From an uncultured Planctomycetota bacterium (GTDB lineage Bacteria; Planctomycetota; Planctomycetia; Isosphaerales; Isosphaeraceae), in assembly GCA_963823665.1 (NCBI GenBank), contig CAWGMQ010000005.1, positions 992,001 through 1,056,000 of the forward strand: a stretch of 64,000 nt of DNA, given 5' to 3'. This document shows positions 31,461-42,134 of this stretch, one piece after another. Position 1 is the stretch's first letter. Every line of letters starts with the position of its first letter. The notes below the pieces were generated by a model. That model ran no database searches. It was given only the letters and a program-made list of their open reading frames with translations, and had not been told where the DNA came from. The translations under genes were made by a program, and so were the position numbers.

Positions 31461-32849
31461 TCAGCCTTTCTGCGCCCGATCGGGCCCGGTTGCTGTTTCG
31501 GCGGATGCGTCGTCAGCGAGCCGGCGCTCGACCCACTCGAGCGCCTCGCGTTTGTTGTGGATCACTCCCTCGAGCTGAGCATCGCGAAGCTGCTCGAGCA
31601 AGGCCGCAAAACGAGGGCCGGGCTCGAGGCCGTGGCGCACCAGGTCGTGGCCGTTCAAGAGCGGGGGCGGGTTGATCGGACCGGTTGGCTGCGATTCGAC
31701 ATAGCGCCGGCAGTAATCAACTTCTTCGCTGTTGCCGAACGACGCGAGCGCGTCGGCCTCGTGGAGGGCGAGAAGCTCTTCGATTCCGGGCGCGGCGAGG
31801 ATTCGCTTGAGCTTGGACTCGCGAAGGCTGCGGGCCTCTCCCAGATACTGGTGATGGGAAACAAGCCAATGAATCCGCTCGCGTTCGGCGTTGGCGAGCT
31901 TGAGCGAACGACAAAGCCGCTCGGCGATCCGGGCGCCGGCCTGCTCGTGGTGATGGAACGAGTAGCGGCCGCGATGGAGCGCTTTCGTTGTCGGTTTGCC
32001 CGAGTCGTGCAGAAGAGCCGCGAAGGCCAGTGTGAAGCTGGGCTCGCTCGGGAGCAGGTCGAGTACGAGCATGGTGTGGTCCCAGAGGTCACCCTCCGGC
32101 TGGGCCGGTTTGCCCTGGAACAACCCTTTCATGGGCAGGAGCGGCGGGAGCACCGCAGCGACCAAACCGGTCTGGAGCGCCAGGTTCATGGCACGCACCC
32201 GGCTGGAATGGACGAGCATCCTGCGCAGCTCCTGGGCAATTCGCTCGGCGGAGACGGTCTTGACCTGGCGGGAAATGGCCCGGAGCGCCGCGCGGGTTGC
32301 CGGCTCGATCTCGAGCCCGAACCGCGCCGCCAGGCGGATAGCGCGCAGGCAGCGCAGCTTGTCTTCGCGCAACCGCGCCGCCGGGTCGCCGATGGCGCGG
32401 AGGATGTGCCTTTCCAGGTCAGCCCGGCCGCCGACGTAGTCGATCACCTCGCCGGAGACTGGATCCATGAACATGCCGTTGATTGTGAAGTCGCGGCGGG
32501 CGGCATCGAGCTCAGGCGAGCCGAAGACGACCGATTGCGGACGGCGGCCGTCAACGTAGGCACCATCACTGCGGAAGGTCGCGACCTCGACTTCGACGCT
32601 GCCGCCCGGGCGATGGTGGTCGTGAACGCGAACGACGCCGAATGAGAGCCCGACGGTGATTGCGCGAAACGGCAGCGTGGCCATGACCTGTTCGGGGGTT
32701 GCCGAAGTAGCGACGTCATAGTCGGCGGGGGTTTCACCCAGGATCAAGTCGCGAACGCAGCCGCCGGCCCAGAGCGCGGTGTAACCGGCCTGCCGCAAGC
32801 GGCAGACGATCTCCAGCGCAAACTCAGGGGATGGCGGCGTCTCACTCAT
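31461..32849 (-). CDS. CCA tRNA nucleotidyltransferase with HD domain
   Basis: AGGCVRD, DYDVAT, RRDFTING, EDKLRCLRAIR, LLHD; start MSETPP overlaps the rsmD stop. Confidence 0.92.
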   Translation of the reverse strand: MSETPPSPEFALEIVCRLRQAGYTALWAGGCVRDLILGETPADYDVATSATPEQVMATLPFRAITVGLSFGVVRVHDHHRPGGSVEVEVATFRSDGAYVDGRRPQSVVFGSPELDAARRDFTINGMFMDPVSGEVIDYVGGRADLERHILRAIGDPAARLREDKLRCLRAIRLAARFGLEIEPATRAALRAISRQVKTVSAERIAQELRRMLVHSSRVRAMNLALQTGLVAAVLPPLLPMKGLFQGKPAQPEGDLWDHTMLVLDLLPSEPSFTLAFAALLHDSGKPTTKALHRGRYSFHHHEQAGARIAERLCRSLKLANAERERIHWLVSHHQYLGEARSLRESKLKRILAAPGIEELLALHEADALASFGNSEEVDYCRRYVESQPTGPINPPPLLNGHDLVRHGLEPGPRFAALLEQLRDAQLEGVIHNKREALEWVERRLADDASAETATGPDRAQKG

Positions 32850-33570
32850 TCGGGGTTTCCTCAGGGGGACCCTCACCCGGGCCCTCTCCCGGGGGGAGAG
32901 GGAGCAGATCAGGGGAGCCCTCTCGCAGGGGGATAGCGTGGGGATCAGAGGGACCCTCACCCGGGCCCTCTCCCGGAGGGAGAGGGAGCGGAGCAGGTTC
33001 TGCGGGGCGGTCGGGGATCACCTTGATCGCGATGCGGGTATCGCCGTAGCGCCTGATATCCCAGCTCGGCAAATCGGGCAAAATGGTTTCGTCGAGAATG
33101 CGGCCGGCTTCGAGCGCGATCACCGAGGCGGACGGCAAATGATCGACAAGGTGGGCGATCATCTGGTTCAGGCGCGGGGCATGCATCTCATATTCACGAT
33201 AGGGAGGATCGATGAAAACGGCGACGGGCCGCTCGACGGGGGGCTGGAACGAGCGGACCCAGCGATAGACGTCCGACAGTTTGACCTGCGCGCGGTCCTC
33301 GTAGCGGAGAGTGGCGATGTTGCGAATGATGAGCGAGACATTTTCGCGATCGCGCTCGACGAAGATGGCGCGTTCCGCCCCGCGGCTGAGGGCTTCCAGA
33401 CCGATGGCTCCTGTGCCGGCGAAGAGGTCGATGACCAGGCGGTCGACGACGAGCTCGCGGACGATGTTGAACAGGGACTCACGGACCAGGTCGCTCGTCG
33501 GCCGCGTGGCGGCCGAGGCGCGAGGACCGTCGATCTTGTGACCGCGCCGCTGTCCGGCGATGATCCGCAT
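32842..33570 (-). CDS. rsmD: 16S rRNA m2G966 methyltransferase
   Basis: MRIIAG, TRPTSDLVRESLFN, DLFAGTGAIGLEALSRGA, DPPY. Confidence 0.93.
   Translation of the reverse strand: MRIIAGQRRGHKIDGPRASAATRPTSDLVRESLFNIVRELVVDRLVIDLFAGTGAIGLEALSRGAERAIFVERDRENVSLIIRNIATLRYEDRAQVKLSDVYRWVRSFQPPVERPVAVFIDPPYREYEMHAPRLNQMIAHLVDHLPSASVIALEAGRILDETILPDLPSWDIRRYGDTRIAIKVIPDRPAEPAPLPLPPGEGPGEGPSDPHAIPLREGSPDLLPLPPGEGPGEGPPEETPNE
32870..32986. repeat. cluster of three alternating REP-like palindromes inside the rsmD 3' end
   Basis: CCCTCACCCGGGCCCTCTCCC-N-GGGAGAGGG at 32870-32902 and 32954-32986, with a degenerate inverted copy between. Confidence 0.8.
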
Positions 33571-33886
33571 GGATGGGAGGCTCCGTGATGGTCATAAGCT
33601 GGTCGCCTTACCGGCCGGCCAGGTTCCACTCGCGTCGCTCGTGACCGCCCTTCGATCTTACCAGGCCGGAACCCTCGGCGAAGCACCAGTTACCCGCGAG
33701 CGGTTTACACAGCGAGCCGGTTGTTCAACTCCTTTGGTAGAGCGATGATAGGGGCGTTCAGGGCGCAATCACGCCCCGCTCCTGATTCAATCAAGTCATA
33801 CGCCGCAAATTTGAGGTCGAGAAAATCGCTGTGGCGGCGCGCCCCGTAACAGGGCCGATGGTGGCTAGGCTGTGAGGAGGACTGTC

Positions 33887-34305
33887 GTGGCCCAAGCGAT
33901 CGATTCCGCAGCCCTTATGCCGGAACGATTTCGCAGCTATCTGCGGATGCTGGCCGAGCTTGAGCTTGGCCACAGCGGTCGGGCCAAGATCGACCCATCG
34001 GACATCGTGCAACAGACCTTGCTCGACGCCCACCGCGACCGAGGCCAGTTTCGGGGAAAAGCGAAGCCGAGATGGCAGCCTGGCTCCGTCGTCTTCTGGC
34101 CTGCAACCTGGCTGATGCCGTGCGGTTAATCGGTCGCGCCAAGCGCGATGCGGCACGGGAACGATCTCTTGAGGCGGCAATCGAAGCCTCATCGGCTCGG
34201 CTGGAGGCGTGGCTCGCGGCGGAGCAGTCTTCGCCATCGGAGCTAGCCGAGCGGAACGAGGCGATCCTAAGTCTGGTGGATGCCCTGGCCCGTCTACCCG
34301 AAGCC
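33887..34305 (+). pseudogene. ECF sigma factor, frameshifted near 34060 and truncated before region 4
   Basis: RSYLRMLA...[15 protein letters not shown]...AWLRRLL..NL.D...AEQSSPS...ALARLPE, after which similarity is lost; GAGGAGG RBS. Confidence 0.8.
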
Positions 34306-34850
34306 AACTTGCTCTCGTCGATGCACGGGTCACACTCGGAACGATCGAGCGGCACGCCGGCAACGCTGCTGCCGCCCGCCGGACGTTCGCGGGCGGGTTC
34401 GACGACCTGCGCAAGCTCACGACTGATCCCGACGCAGATGCGCTGGTCTCACGCGCAAAGCTCCTACTCTCGCCCTATAATCCCGCTGTTGGGCCACCAC
34501 CTTCGTCAAACAATCGCCGCCTCGATCACTGATCGGGAGGCGACGGCTCGCGCGAGCGAAAAGCGACACCTGTGGGTGTGGATCGGAGATCCGACGTAGC
34601 CTTCCGTCGCCACGGAAAAACGCTCTTTCGCGGGGTGCAAGACGAAACTCGTGGCCGCGTCGAACCCGTGCTCGCCGGCGAGCGCTTCGACCAGGCCGAC
34701 CATAGCTAACTCGAAAGTTTATGTTTATCATGGCCGCGAGCCGACCGGTGACCGCTGTGAGAGCAGTCACTGGCTTCTTGCTGATCCCGGACAGAGATGA
34801 AGCACTGGCCACTGCCAAGCCAAGGCCAATCGTGCAAAACTGTGAGCGGT

Positions 34851-34874
34851 CGGCACACGGAGTGTGCCTGCTAC
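34851..34874 (-). repeat. GTAG-type REP palindrome
   Basis: GTAGCAGGCACAC-TCC-GTGTGCCG on the minus strand. Confidence 0.6.
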
Positions 34875-34941
34875 ACCGGAGCACATGCCACCCACGCAGA
34901 ATGTTTTGATCCACCACCAGACCTGATCGGGAAACAACGCG

Positions 34942-37202
34942 ATGAGATTGTGCAGCTTCCGATTCGTGCATCGATCCCTCGGCGCTTTTGGTGTGGCAGC
35001 CCTGGTGCTGGCGATCGGGGCGTTTTGCGGCACCGCGCCGGGACAGGACGGCGCCAGGCCGCCGGAGGGGAAAGCTCAGCCCGACGCGGCGCCGGCCAAG
35101 AGCAAGGACGGTGCGCCGAAGAAGGAAGACGCGAAATCCGCGCCAGTCAAGCTTGGATTGGTGATCAACGAACCGAAGGCATTGCAGGGGTACACGTTGA
35201 TTTCCCCGTTTGATTCATCGCAAGCTTTTCTTTTCGACATGGAAGGGAGAGTCGTGCGCTCGTGGGAGACCGGCTGCGGCCCGGCGCTCTCGGCGTTCCT
35301 CCTCGATAACGGCCACTTGATGCGTCCGGGCTCGATCGGCGGCGACGCCCGAGTCTTTGGACCCGGGCCTGGTGTCGGCGGGCGGATTCAAGAGTTCACG
35401 TGGGAAGGAGAGCTGGCCTGGGATTTCAAGTTTTACAACGCCAAGCAACTTCCTCACCACAACATAACGCTATTACCGAATGGGAACGTGCTCTTGATCG
35501 TGTGGGACCGCAAGACCGCCGAGGAGGCGATTGCCGCCGGCCGCCGGCCGGAGATGACCGGCGACCGTCACTTGCTGGTGGACTCGCTCGTCGAGATCAA
35601 GCCGACCGGAAAGACGAGCGGGGAAGTCGTATGGGAATGGCACCTCTGGGATCACCTGGTCCAGGACTTAGACCAGGGCAAGCCGAACTTTGGCAATGTC
35701 GCCGCGCATCCGGAGCTTGTGAACCTCAACTACGGGGAAGACGATCTTCCCTCCGTGATCGCCGCCCGGGAGGCGAAAGAAAAAGGTAAGATCAAAGCAG
35801 ATGGCAAGGCTGCTGCCAAGGCAGGCGCCAGCCCCACGGCAAACCGGCCGCCCCGAATCAATCCGGATTACACGCACTTCAACGGCGTGGCCTATAATCC
35901 GGATCTCGATCAAATCGCGGTGAGCGTCTGGACCTTCAGCGAGTTCTGGATCATCGATCACAGCACGACGACCGCCCTAGCCGCGGGGCATGCCGGCGGC
36001 CGCAGTGGAAAGGGGGGCGATGTTCTCTACCGATGGGGCAACCCGCGGACCTATCGCGCCGGCACGAAGGAGGACCGAAAGCTCTTTTCGCAGCATAACG
36101 CACACTGGATTCCCAACGGTTGTCCCGGCGCGGGCCACCTGCTCTTGTTCAACAACGGGCCCGAGCGGCCGGGTGGGGTTTATTCATCGGTCGACGAGCT
36201 GGTGCTCCCGGCGGATTCGCGGGGGCGATACACCCTCGAGCCCGGCAAGGGATACGGGCCGCCCGGGCCAGTGTGGAGCTACACCGCGCCGAACAAGCGA
36301 GACTTCTACTCGTCGTTCATTTCCGGGCGCAGCGGCTCTCGAACGGCAACACGCTCATCTGTTCGGGCGCGAACGGCACCATCTTCGAAGTGACACCGGA
36401 AAAGACGATCGTCTGGAAATATGTCAATCCCGTCAAGTTCGATAAGCCGATCGAGCCGCCGCCCAATCCGGGTGAGATCATGGCGCCCATCGCCGGCGAA
36501 ATGCTGGGGATCTCCGCCGTCCAGCGCAAGCAGCTCGACGAGATCCAGAAAGACATCGACGCCCACCTGGACAAGCTGCTGACAGCCGATCAAAAGAAGC
36601 AATCTGCTCAATGGCCGCAGGACCCAGGCGCCAATGGGTTTTATCCGTGGTCGCAGCCCGGCCAGGTGATGGCCAGCCCCGACCAGAGCCGCCTGAAGAT
36701 GACGGATCAGCAGAAGAAAGACGTGCTCGCGCTTCAGAAGGCGATTGACGTCCGTTTCGACAGAGTGCTGACCGCGGCACAAAAGAACCAGATCAAGAGC
36801 GTCTTCGCTCCACAGGGCGCCCCGCCGGGGGGCCCGGGGCCAGGCCAGGGCCCCGCTGATCCTCAGCAGCCGGGCAAGATCTTCTCCGCGGCGCAACAGA
36901 CCACGCTCAAGCTCACCGACGCGCAGAAGAAACGTCTGGAAGAGATTCAGAAAGAGGTCGACGCGCGGCTGGAGACGCTGCTCACGGAGGACCAGAAACA
37001 GCAGCTCGTTTCGATGCAGCGCGGGGCCGGGGGCGGCGGTCCGTTCCAGAACGGCCCGCAAGGGGGACGGCCGATTTTCCGCGCGGTGCGTTATGCAAAA
37101 GACTTCCCCGGATTCGCGGGCAAGGACCTGAAACCCGGGAAGTCGCTCGAGGAGATGTTCCGCGACGATCCGGCAAAGAAGCAGGCCTCAAAGAAACAGT
37201 AA
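34942..37202 (+). CDS. secreted arylsulfotransferase-like protein, frameshifted near 36327
   Basis: GYTLISP, HHNI.LLPNGN, THFNGVAY, QHNAHWI, FYSSFISG|AQRLSNGNTLIC across two frames; helical LTxxQK repeats at the C-terminus. Confidence 0.85.
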
Positions 37203-37478
37203 ACCGCCAAGGAACGGGTCGGAAACAAGCTCGGCCGATTTACGTCAAGCGCGCCGCGGAGCGGGACACCGTTCCGACGCGGAGCGCCCTGACGAGGGCT
37301 TTCCTTCGTGGTAGGGTTGATACCCAAATCGGGAAGTTAATGCCGACCTGTTCCATAATGTACCTCATGACTCCGAATTACCTCCTGAGCGCCTGGTTCC
37401 GCTCGAATCAGGCCCAATAACGGATCAATCTCTGGCCACGGTTACGCCCGGCCCGTTCGACTGCCGAGGAGCCACGCC

Positions 37479-39404
37479 ATGGCAGGTGCCGACCATGATC
37501 TTCTGTTCGGGTTGATCGCGCTGCAAGTCGGGCTGATCGATCAGGCTCAGCTCGTCGCAGCGTTCCAGGCCTGGGCGTGCGACAAGACCCGGCCGCTGGC
37601 CGACCACCTGCGCGACCGGGGTAGCCTGGACGCCGACGGCCGAGCGGCGGTCGAGGCGATGGCGGCCGTGCACGTCAAGAAGCACGGCGGTGACGCCGAG
37701 CGAGGCTTGGCCGCGATCCCCGCCAGTCGCGGCGCAGGCGAGCAACTCGCTTCCCTGGGCGACCCCGAGCTGACGGTCACCATCGCAAAATTCGCGTCCG
37801 GATCGTCCGAACGACGTGCCGACGAGAGCACGAGCGACCGAGTCGGCATCGCGAAATCCGACGGACATCGTTTCCGAATCGTGCGACCCCACGCCACGGG
37901 GGGCCTGGGGGCCGTCTTCGTGGCGCTCGACGCCGAGCTGCACCGCGAGGTTGCCTTGAAGCAGATTCACGACTCTCACGCCGATGACCCCGACAGCCGC
38001 CATCGGTTCGTCATGGAGGCGGAGATCACGGGCGGGCTCGAGCATCCCGGGATCGTGCCGGTCTATGGTATGGGGACTTACGCCGACGGACGCCCCTATT
38101 ACGCCATGCGGTTCATTCGAGGCGAATCTCTGAAGGAGGCCATTGACCGCTTCCACAGTGACCCGGGGCTGAAGAAGGATTCTGGCCGCCGAGCGCTGGA
38201 ACTGCGCAAGCTCTTGCGGCGGTTCGTCGACGTCTGCAATGCCGTCGACTACGCGCATTCGCGGGGCGTCTTGCACCGCGACCTGAAGCCGAGCAACGTC
38301 GTCCTGGGCACGCACGGTGAGACGCTGGTGGTCGACTGGGGGCTGGCCAAGCCGCTCAGCCGGGTGGACCCGGGCACCCGCCTCGACGAGCGAACACTGG
38401 TGCCGAGCTCAGCGAGCGGCAGTTCCGAGACGCTGCCGGGCAGCGCGCTGGGCACTCCCGGCTACATGTGCCCCGAGGCGGCGCGCGGCGACCTCGAGCG
38501 CCTGGCGCCGCGCAGTGACGTCTACTCGATGGGCTGCACTCTGTATTGCTTGCTAACCGGCCAGCCGCCGTTCGACGGGAGCGACGTCAACGAGGTTCTC
38601 CGCAAGGTGAAATGGGGCGAATACACTGGACCGCGGCAGCTCAATCGCTGGATCGACCCGGCACTGGAGGCCGTCTGCATGAAAGCGATGGCGTTCATGC
38701 CGGAGGACCGTTATCAGTCGAGCCGGGCCCTGGCCGATGACATCGAGCGCTGGACAGCCGGCCAACCCGTCACCGCGTGGGTGGAGCCGTTACCTCGGCG
38801 GGTGCGGCGCTGGGCGCGCCGAGCGGCCACGGCCACGACAGTGGTCATGCTCGCGGGCTTGATCGCCCTGGCTGTCATGGCGCGTGCGCAGGCGCGGCAG
38901 ATCAACCAGCTCAGAAAGGCGAGCGCCGAAATCGAGGTCGCGCTCGACGAGTCGCGCGCGGCCACGCATCAGACCAGACTCGCTCTGGGAGAGGCCGAAG
39001 AATCTCGCGCGCGGGCCGAATCCGTCGGCAGGTTTTTGACCGATCTCTTCCGGCGCTCAGACCCGAAGCAAGATGGCCGCGAGCTGAGTGCGGCGAATTT
39101 ACTTGATCACGCGGCGCGTGAGCTTGCGAAGGAGGGCGGGGGCTCGAGCGCCACTCGGGGAGCTCTTGTCCTTGCCCTCGGTGAGACCTACCTGGGCCTC
39201 GGCATGTATGAGAAGGCCGAACCGTTGTTGCTCAAGGCCTATGAGGACATGAAGGCCGGCGAGACGGAGATCGCGTCTTCTTCCCAGAAACCTTCGGCCG
39301 GTGCCGGCGCGCGGATCGTCGCCCTTTACGACGCCTGGGGCGAGAAAGACAAAGCGGACGAATGGCGAAAGCGGCTGGTGGAATCCGCCGAGCCGAAGCG
39401 ATGA
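37479..39404 (+). CDS. Hanks-type Ser/Thr protein kinase with TM segment and short TPR tail
   Basis: GGLGAV, VALK, HRDLKPSN, DWGLAK, GTPGYM, DVYSMG. Confidence 0.95.
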   Translation: MAGADHDLLFGLIALQVGLIDQAQLVAAFQAWACDKTRPLADHLRDRGSLDADGRAAVEAMAAVHVKKHGGDAERGLAAIPASRGAGEQLASLGDPELTVTIAKFASGSSERRADESTSDRVGIAKSDGHRFRIVRPHATGGLGAVFVALDAELHREVALKQIHDSHADDPDSRHRFVMEAEITGGLEHPGIVPVYGMGTYADGRPYYAMRFIRGESLKEAIDRFHSDPGLKKDSGRRALELRKLLRRFVDVCNAVDYAHSRGVLHRDLKPSNVVLGTHGETLVVDWGLAKPLSRVDPGTRLDERTLVPSSASGSSETLPGSALGTPGYMCPEAARGDLERLAPRSDVYSMGCTLYCLLTGQPPFDGSDVNEVLRKVKWGEYTGPRQLNRWIDPALEAVCMKAMAFMPEDRYQSSRALADDIERWTAGQPVTAWVEPLPRRVRRWARRAATATTVVMLAGLIALAVMARAQARQINQLRKASAEIEVALDESRAATHQTRLALGEAEESRARAESVGRFLTDLFRRSDPKQDGRELSAANLLDHAARELAKEGGGSSATRGALVLALGETYLGLGMYEKAEPLLLKAYEDMKAGETEIASSSQKPSAGAGARIVALYDAWGEKDKADEWRKRLVESAEPKR

Positions 39405-39484
39405 TGGGAACGGTCGGACTTGAGGTGTTCGAGCCGGGCTTCGTGAGCGTCGTTGGAGTTTCGAGGTCGGCTCAGGAACCGAAC

Positions 39485-40042
39485 CTATTCGGAGATCGCT
39501 CGGATGACTCGGCAGGGATTGCCGGCCGCCAAGACGCTCTCGGGGATGTCGCGCGTGACCACGCTGCCGGCACCGATGACCGAACGCGAGCCGACCCGAA
39601 CGCCCGGACAGAGAATCGCCCCCCCGCCGACCCACACGTCGGAGCCAATCTCAATCGGCTTGGCGAACTCCTGGTGCCGCCGCAGCTCGGCGTTCATCGG
39701 ATGCGTTGCCGTGTAGATCTGGACCGCCGGGCCGAACTGGGTGTAATCGCCGATTCGCACCTGGCACACGTCGAGCACAACACAGTTGAAGTTGAAGAAC
39801 ACCCGCTCCCCGAGCAGGATGTTCGAGCCGTAGTCGCAGAAGAACGGCGGCTGCATCCAGACGCTCTCCCCCCCGGCTCCGAACAGCTCTCGCAAGATCC
39901 GTCGCCGCTCAGCTTGCTGCGCCTCGCGGGTCGCGTTCAGGTCCTGGCAGAGGTTCCGAGCCCGTTCACGGGCTGCGACGAGCTCCGGATCCATGGGGTC
40001 GTACAGCTCCCCGGCCAGCATCTTGTCTCGTTCGCTTCGCAT
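39485..40042 (-). CDS. sugar (maltose-type) O-acetyltransferase
   Basis: KMLAGELYDP, PPFFCDYGSNI, hexapeptide repeats, GNPCRVIR. Confidence 0.93.
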   Translation of the reverse strand: MRSERDKMLAGELYDPMDPELVAARERARNLCQDLNATREAQQAERRRILRELFGAGGESVWMQPPFFCDYGSNILLGERVFFNFNCVVLDVCQVRIGDYTQFGPAVQIYTATHPMNAELRRHQEFAKPIEIGSDVWVGGGAILCPGVRVGSRSVIGAGSVVTRDIPESVLAAGNPCRVIRAISE

Positions 40043-40079
40043 TGGATGTTCTCCCGAGTGGGCTGCGCTTGCCGCCTCG

Positions 40080-40880
40080 TCATTTTGAAGTCCCGATCGC
40101 CGCAGTCCAGTGCGCCACTTCTTCGGCAGACATCGGCCCCGTCGGTTTGAGCCGGGCGTCGTGGTAGCCCCAGATGCCAATGTCCGGCAGATATTGCTCA
40201 CGCGAGAGCAAAGTCCCGAAACATGTTTGCCCATCCGGCCACGGACTCTCGATCTCATCAACCAGGCGTCTCGAAAACTTCGCGACAACCCATCCCGGAA
40301 TCTTCGAACGCTCTGCGGGGTAGATAAACCCAAATGTCACAATGTGACAGAAGAGCACGCGCCAGTGATCTCCAAAACGGCGCAGCAGCCGCGGCCAGTC
40401 CATCGCCTCACCGCGGCAGCGGATCAAGTGCGCGATGTCCGCTCCGTCAAATCGCTCCCGCTCCTGCACGTAAGCCTTGGACCAGATCATCTCCTCGGCC
40501 GGGGATAGTTTGACCGGCACGCCCAGGATTTCGCCCTCCGAGGCATGCGCAAACCAGTCTTCATCAACTTCAACGACCCCATTCCCCGAACTGTAGATCA
40601 CGTCAACGAAAGCGTCGTCGCCGAACGCCTTCGCCAGCCAGTGCGGAAAAGTCACCTCTGTGCGATACCCCGCCTCCTGGAGAGTCGTCAAGATCGCATC
40701 GCGATCCCGGCGATGCACGAAGATGTCCAGATCCTTGGTGTGCCTCTCGATCGCCGCATGCTTCCCCAGCGCATAGGCGCCCCCGACAAGATACGGTACG
40801 CCCGCCTCGTTGAGCACCGCGAGCGTCCTCACGTAAAACACGCGCGTCTTCGGATCCGGCCTCACCGGTGCCAGTTCCAT
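40080..40880 (-). CDS. nucleotidyltransferase family protein
   Basis: VGGAYAL...TKDLDIF (G-x-A...DxD) motif; start inferred at MELAPV. Confidence 0.82.
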   Translation of the reverse strand: MELAPVRPDPKTRVFYVRTLAVLNEAGVPYLVGGAYALGKHAAIERHTKDLDIFVHRRDRDAILTTLQEAGYRTEVTFPHWLAKAFGDDAFVDVIYSSGNGVVEVDEDWFAHASEGEILGVPVKLSPAEEMIWSKAYVQERERFDGADIAHLIRCRGEAMDWPRLLRRFGDHWRVLFCHIVTFGFIYPAERSKIPGWVVAKFSRRLVDEIESPWPDGQTCFGTLLSREQYLPDIGIWGYHDARLKPTGPMSAEEVAHWTAAIGTSK

Positions 40881-41024
40881 AATTACCCTCTCTTGATTTA
40901 CATTCACGTGCATGGCGTTAACAGTCGCAAAGCCGATGCCATTTCGGGCACGGAAATTGCGAACGAAATCAGAATCGGTGCTGGGGTGCGCGGGGCAGGG
41001 TCGACTGGCAAGCGGGGGAAGTTC

Positions 41025-41783
41025 ATGCCGGATCGCGAATCATTACTGAGAGTCGCCGCCTTGGGCGATCTCCATTGCAACAAGAACTCCCGAGGGACGA
41101 TCCGTCCGCTGTTCGAGAATTCCGACAGGTTTGCCGACGTTCTTGTTCTTTGCGGCGATCTTACCGACTATGGCCTGCCGGAGGAGGCGAGGCTGCTCGT
41201 CGACGAGCTTGCGATTGTGGCCAAGTTGCCAATCGTCGCGGTACTCGGAAACCATGACTTTGAATCCGGCCGCGAAGACGAGGTCAGCCGCATTCTGGTG
41301 GACTCCGGGATCACGTTGCTTGATGGTGACGCCGTCGAGATCCGGGGTGTCGGGTTCGCCGGCGCCCGGGGATTTGCGGGCGGCTTCGGCCGCGGCACGT
41401 TGGGCGCGTGGGGTGAGAAAACAGTCAAGGCGTTCGTCCAGGAGGCGATGGACGAATCACTCAAGCTCGAGTCTGCACTCGCGAGGTTGCGCACGCCGAG
41501 CCGAATCGCCGTGCTCCACTACGCCCCGATCCGCGCCACGGTCGAAAACGAGCCGCCAGAGATCTTTCCCTTTCTGGGCTGCGGCCGTCTCGAAGAACCT
41601 CTCAATCGTTATCCGGTCACGGCCGCTGTGCACGGTCATGCCCACAACGGCAGCCCGGAAGGCCGCACCTCCGCGGGCGTCCCCGTCTACAATGTCGCAC
41701 TCCCCCTCCTGCGCCGACTTCACCCTGATAAGCCGCCGTTCCTGGTGCTCGAGCTGCCCGTCGCGCCGGCGCACGATTCGTAG
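41025..41783 (+). CDS. calcineurin-like metallophosphoesterase
   Basis: GDLH, CGDLTD, GNHD, LH, HGHAH. Confidence 0.92.
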   Translation: MPDRESLLRVAALGDLHCNKNSRGTIRPLFENSDRFADVLVLCGDLTDYGLPEEARLLVDELAIVAKLPIVAVLGNHDFESGREDEVSRILVDSGITLLDGDAVEIRGVGFAGARGFAGGFGRGTLGAWGEKTVKAFVQEAMDESLKLESALARLRTPSRIAVLHYAPIRATVENEPPEIFPFLGCGRLEEPLNRYPVTAAVHGHAHNGSPEGRTSAGVPVYNVALPLLRRLHPDKPPFLVLELPVAPAHDS

Positions 41784-41873
41784 CCGTGACCCCGCTGACA
41801 CTTGAAGTATGAACGGTGGGGTGTCGTCTGGTAGAATACGACTGACGACCACGAATCTTCTGGAGCTTTGGGA

Positions 41874-42134
41874 ATGTCTTCGATCACTCTTCAGGAAGCG
41901 CAGAGTACGCTGGCGGAGCTGGTCCATCGACTGGCTCCGGGCGAAGGCGTAACGATCACCGAGAATGATCGGCCCGTCGCCCGTCTGATCGCGCCGCTGG
42001 TCGCGACCGCTCGTCCGCCCCGGCCGCGGCCGCCCGTGACCGGGGTACCGAAAGCGGGAAGTTGTGAGGGCCTGTTCGTCGTCCCGGATGACTTCAAGGA
42101 GCCGCTGGAGGAAATGCGGGAATACATGGAATGA
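41874..42134 (+). CDS. Phd/YefM-family antitoxin
   Basis: ITLQEAQSTLAELV...VTITENDRPVARL...DDFKEPLEE; overlaps the toxin start (ATGA). Confidence 0.85.
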   Translation: MSSITLQEAQSTLAELVHRLAPGEGVTITENDRPVARLIAPLVATARPPRPRPPVTGVPKAGSCEGLFVVPDDFKEPLEEMREYME

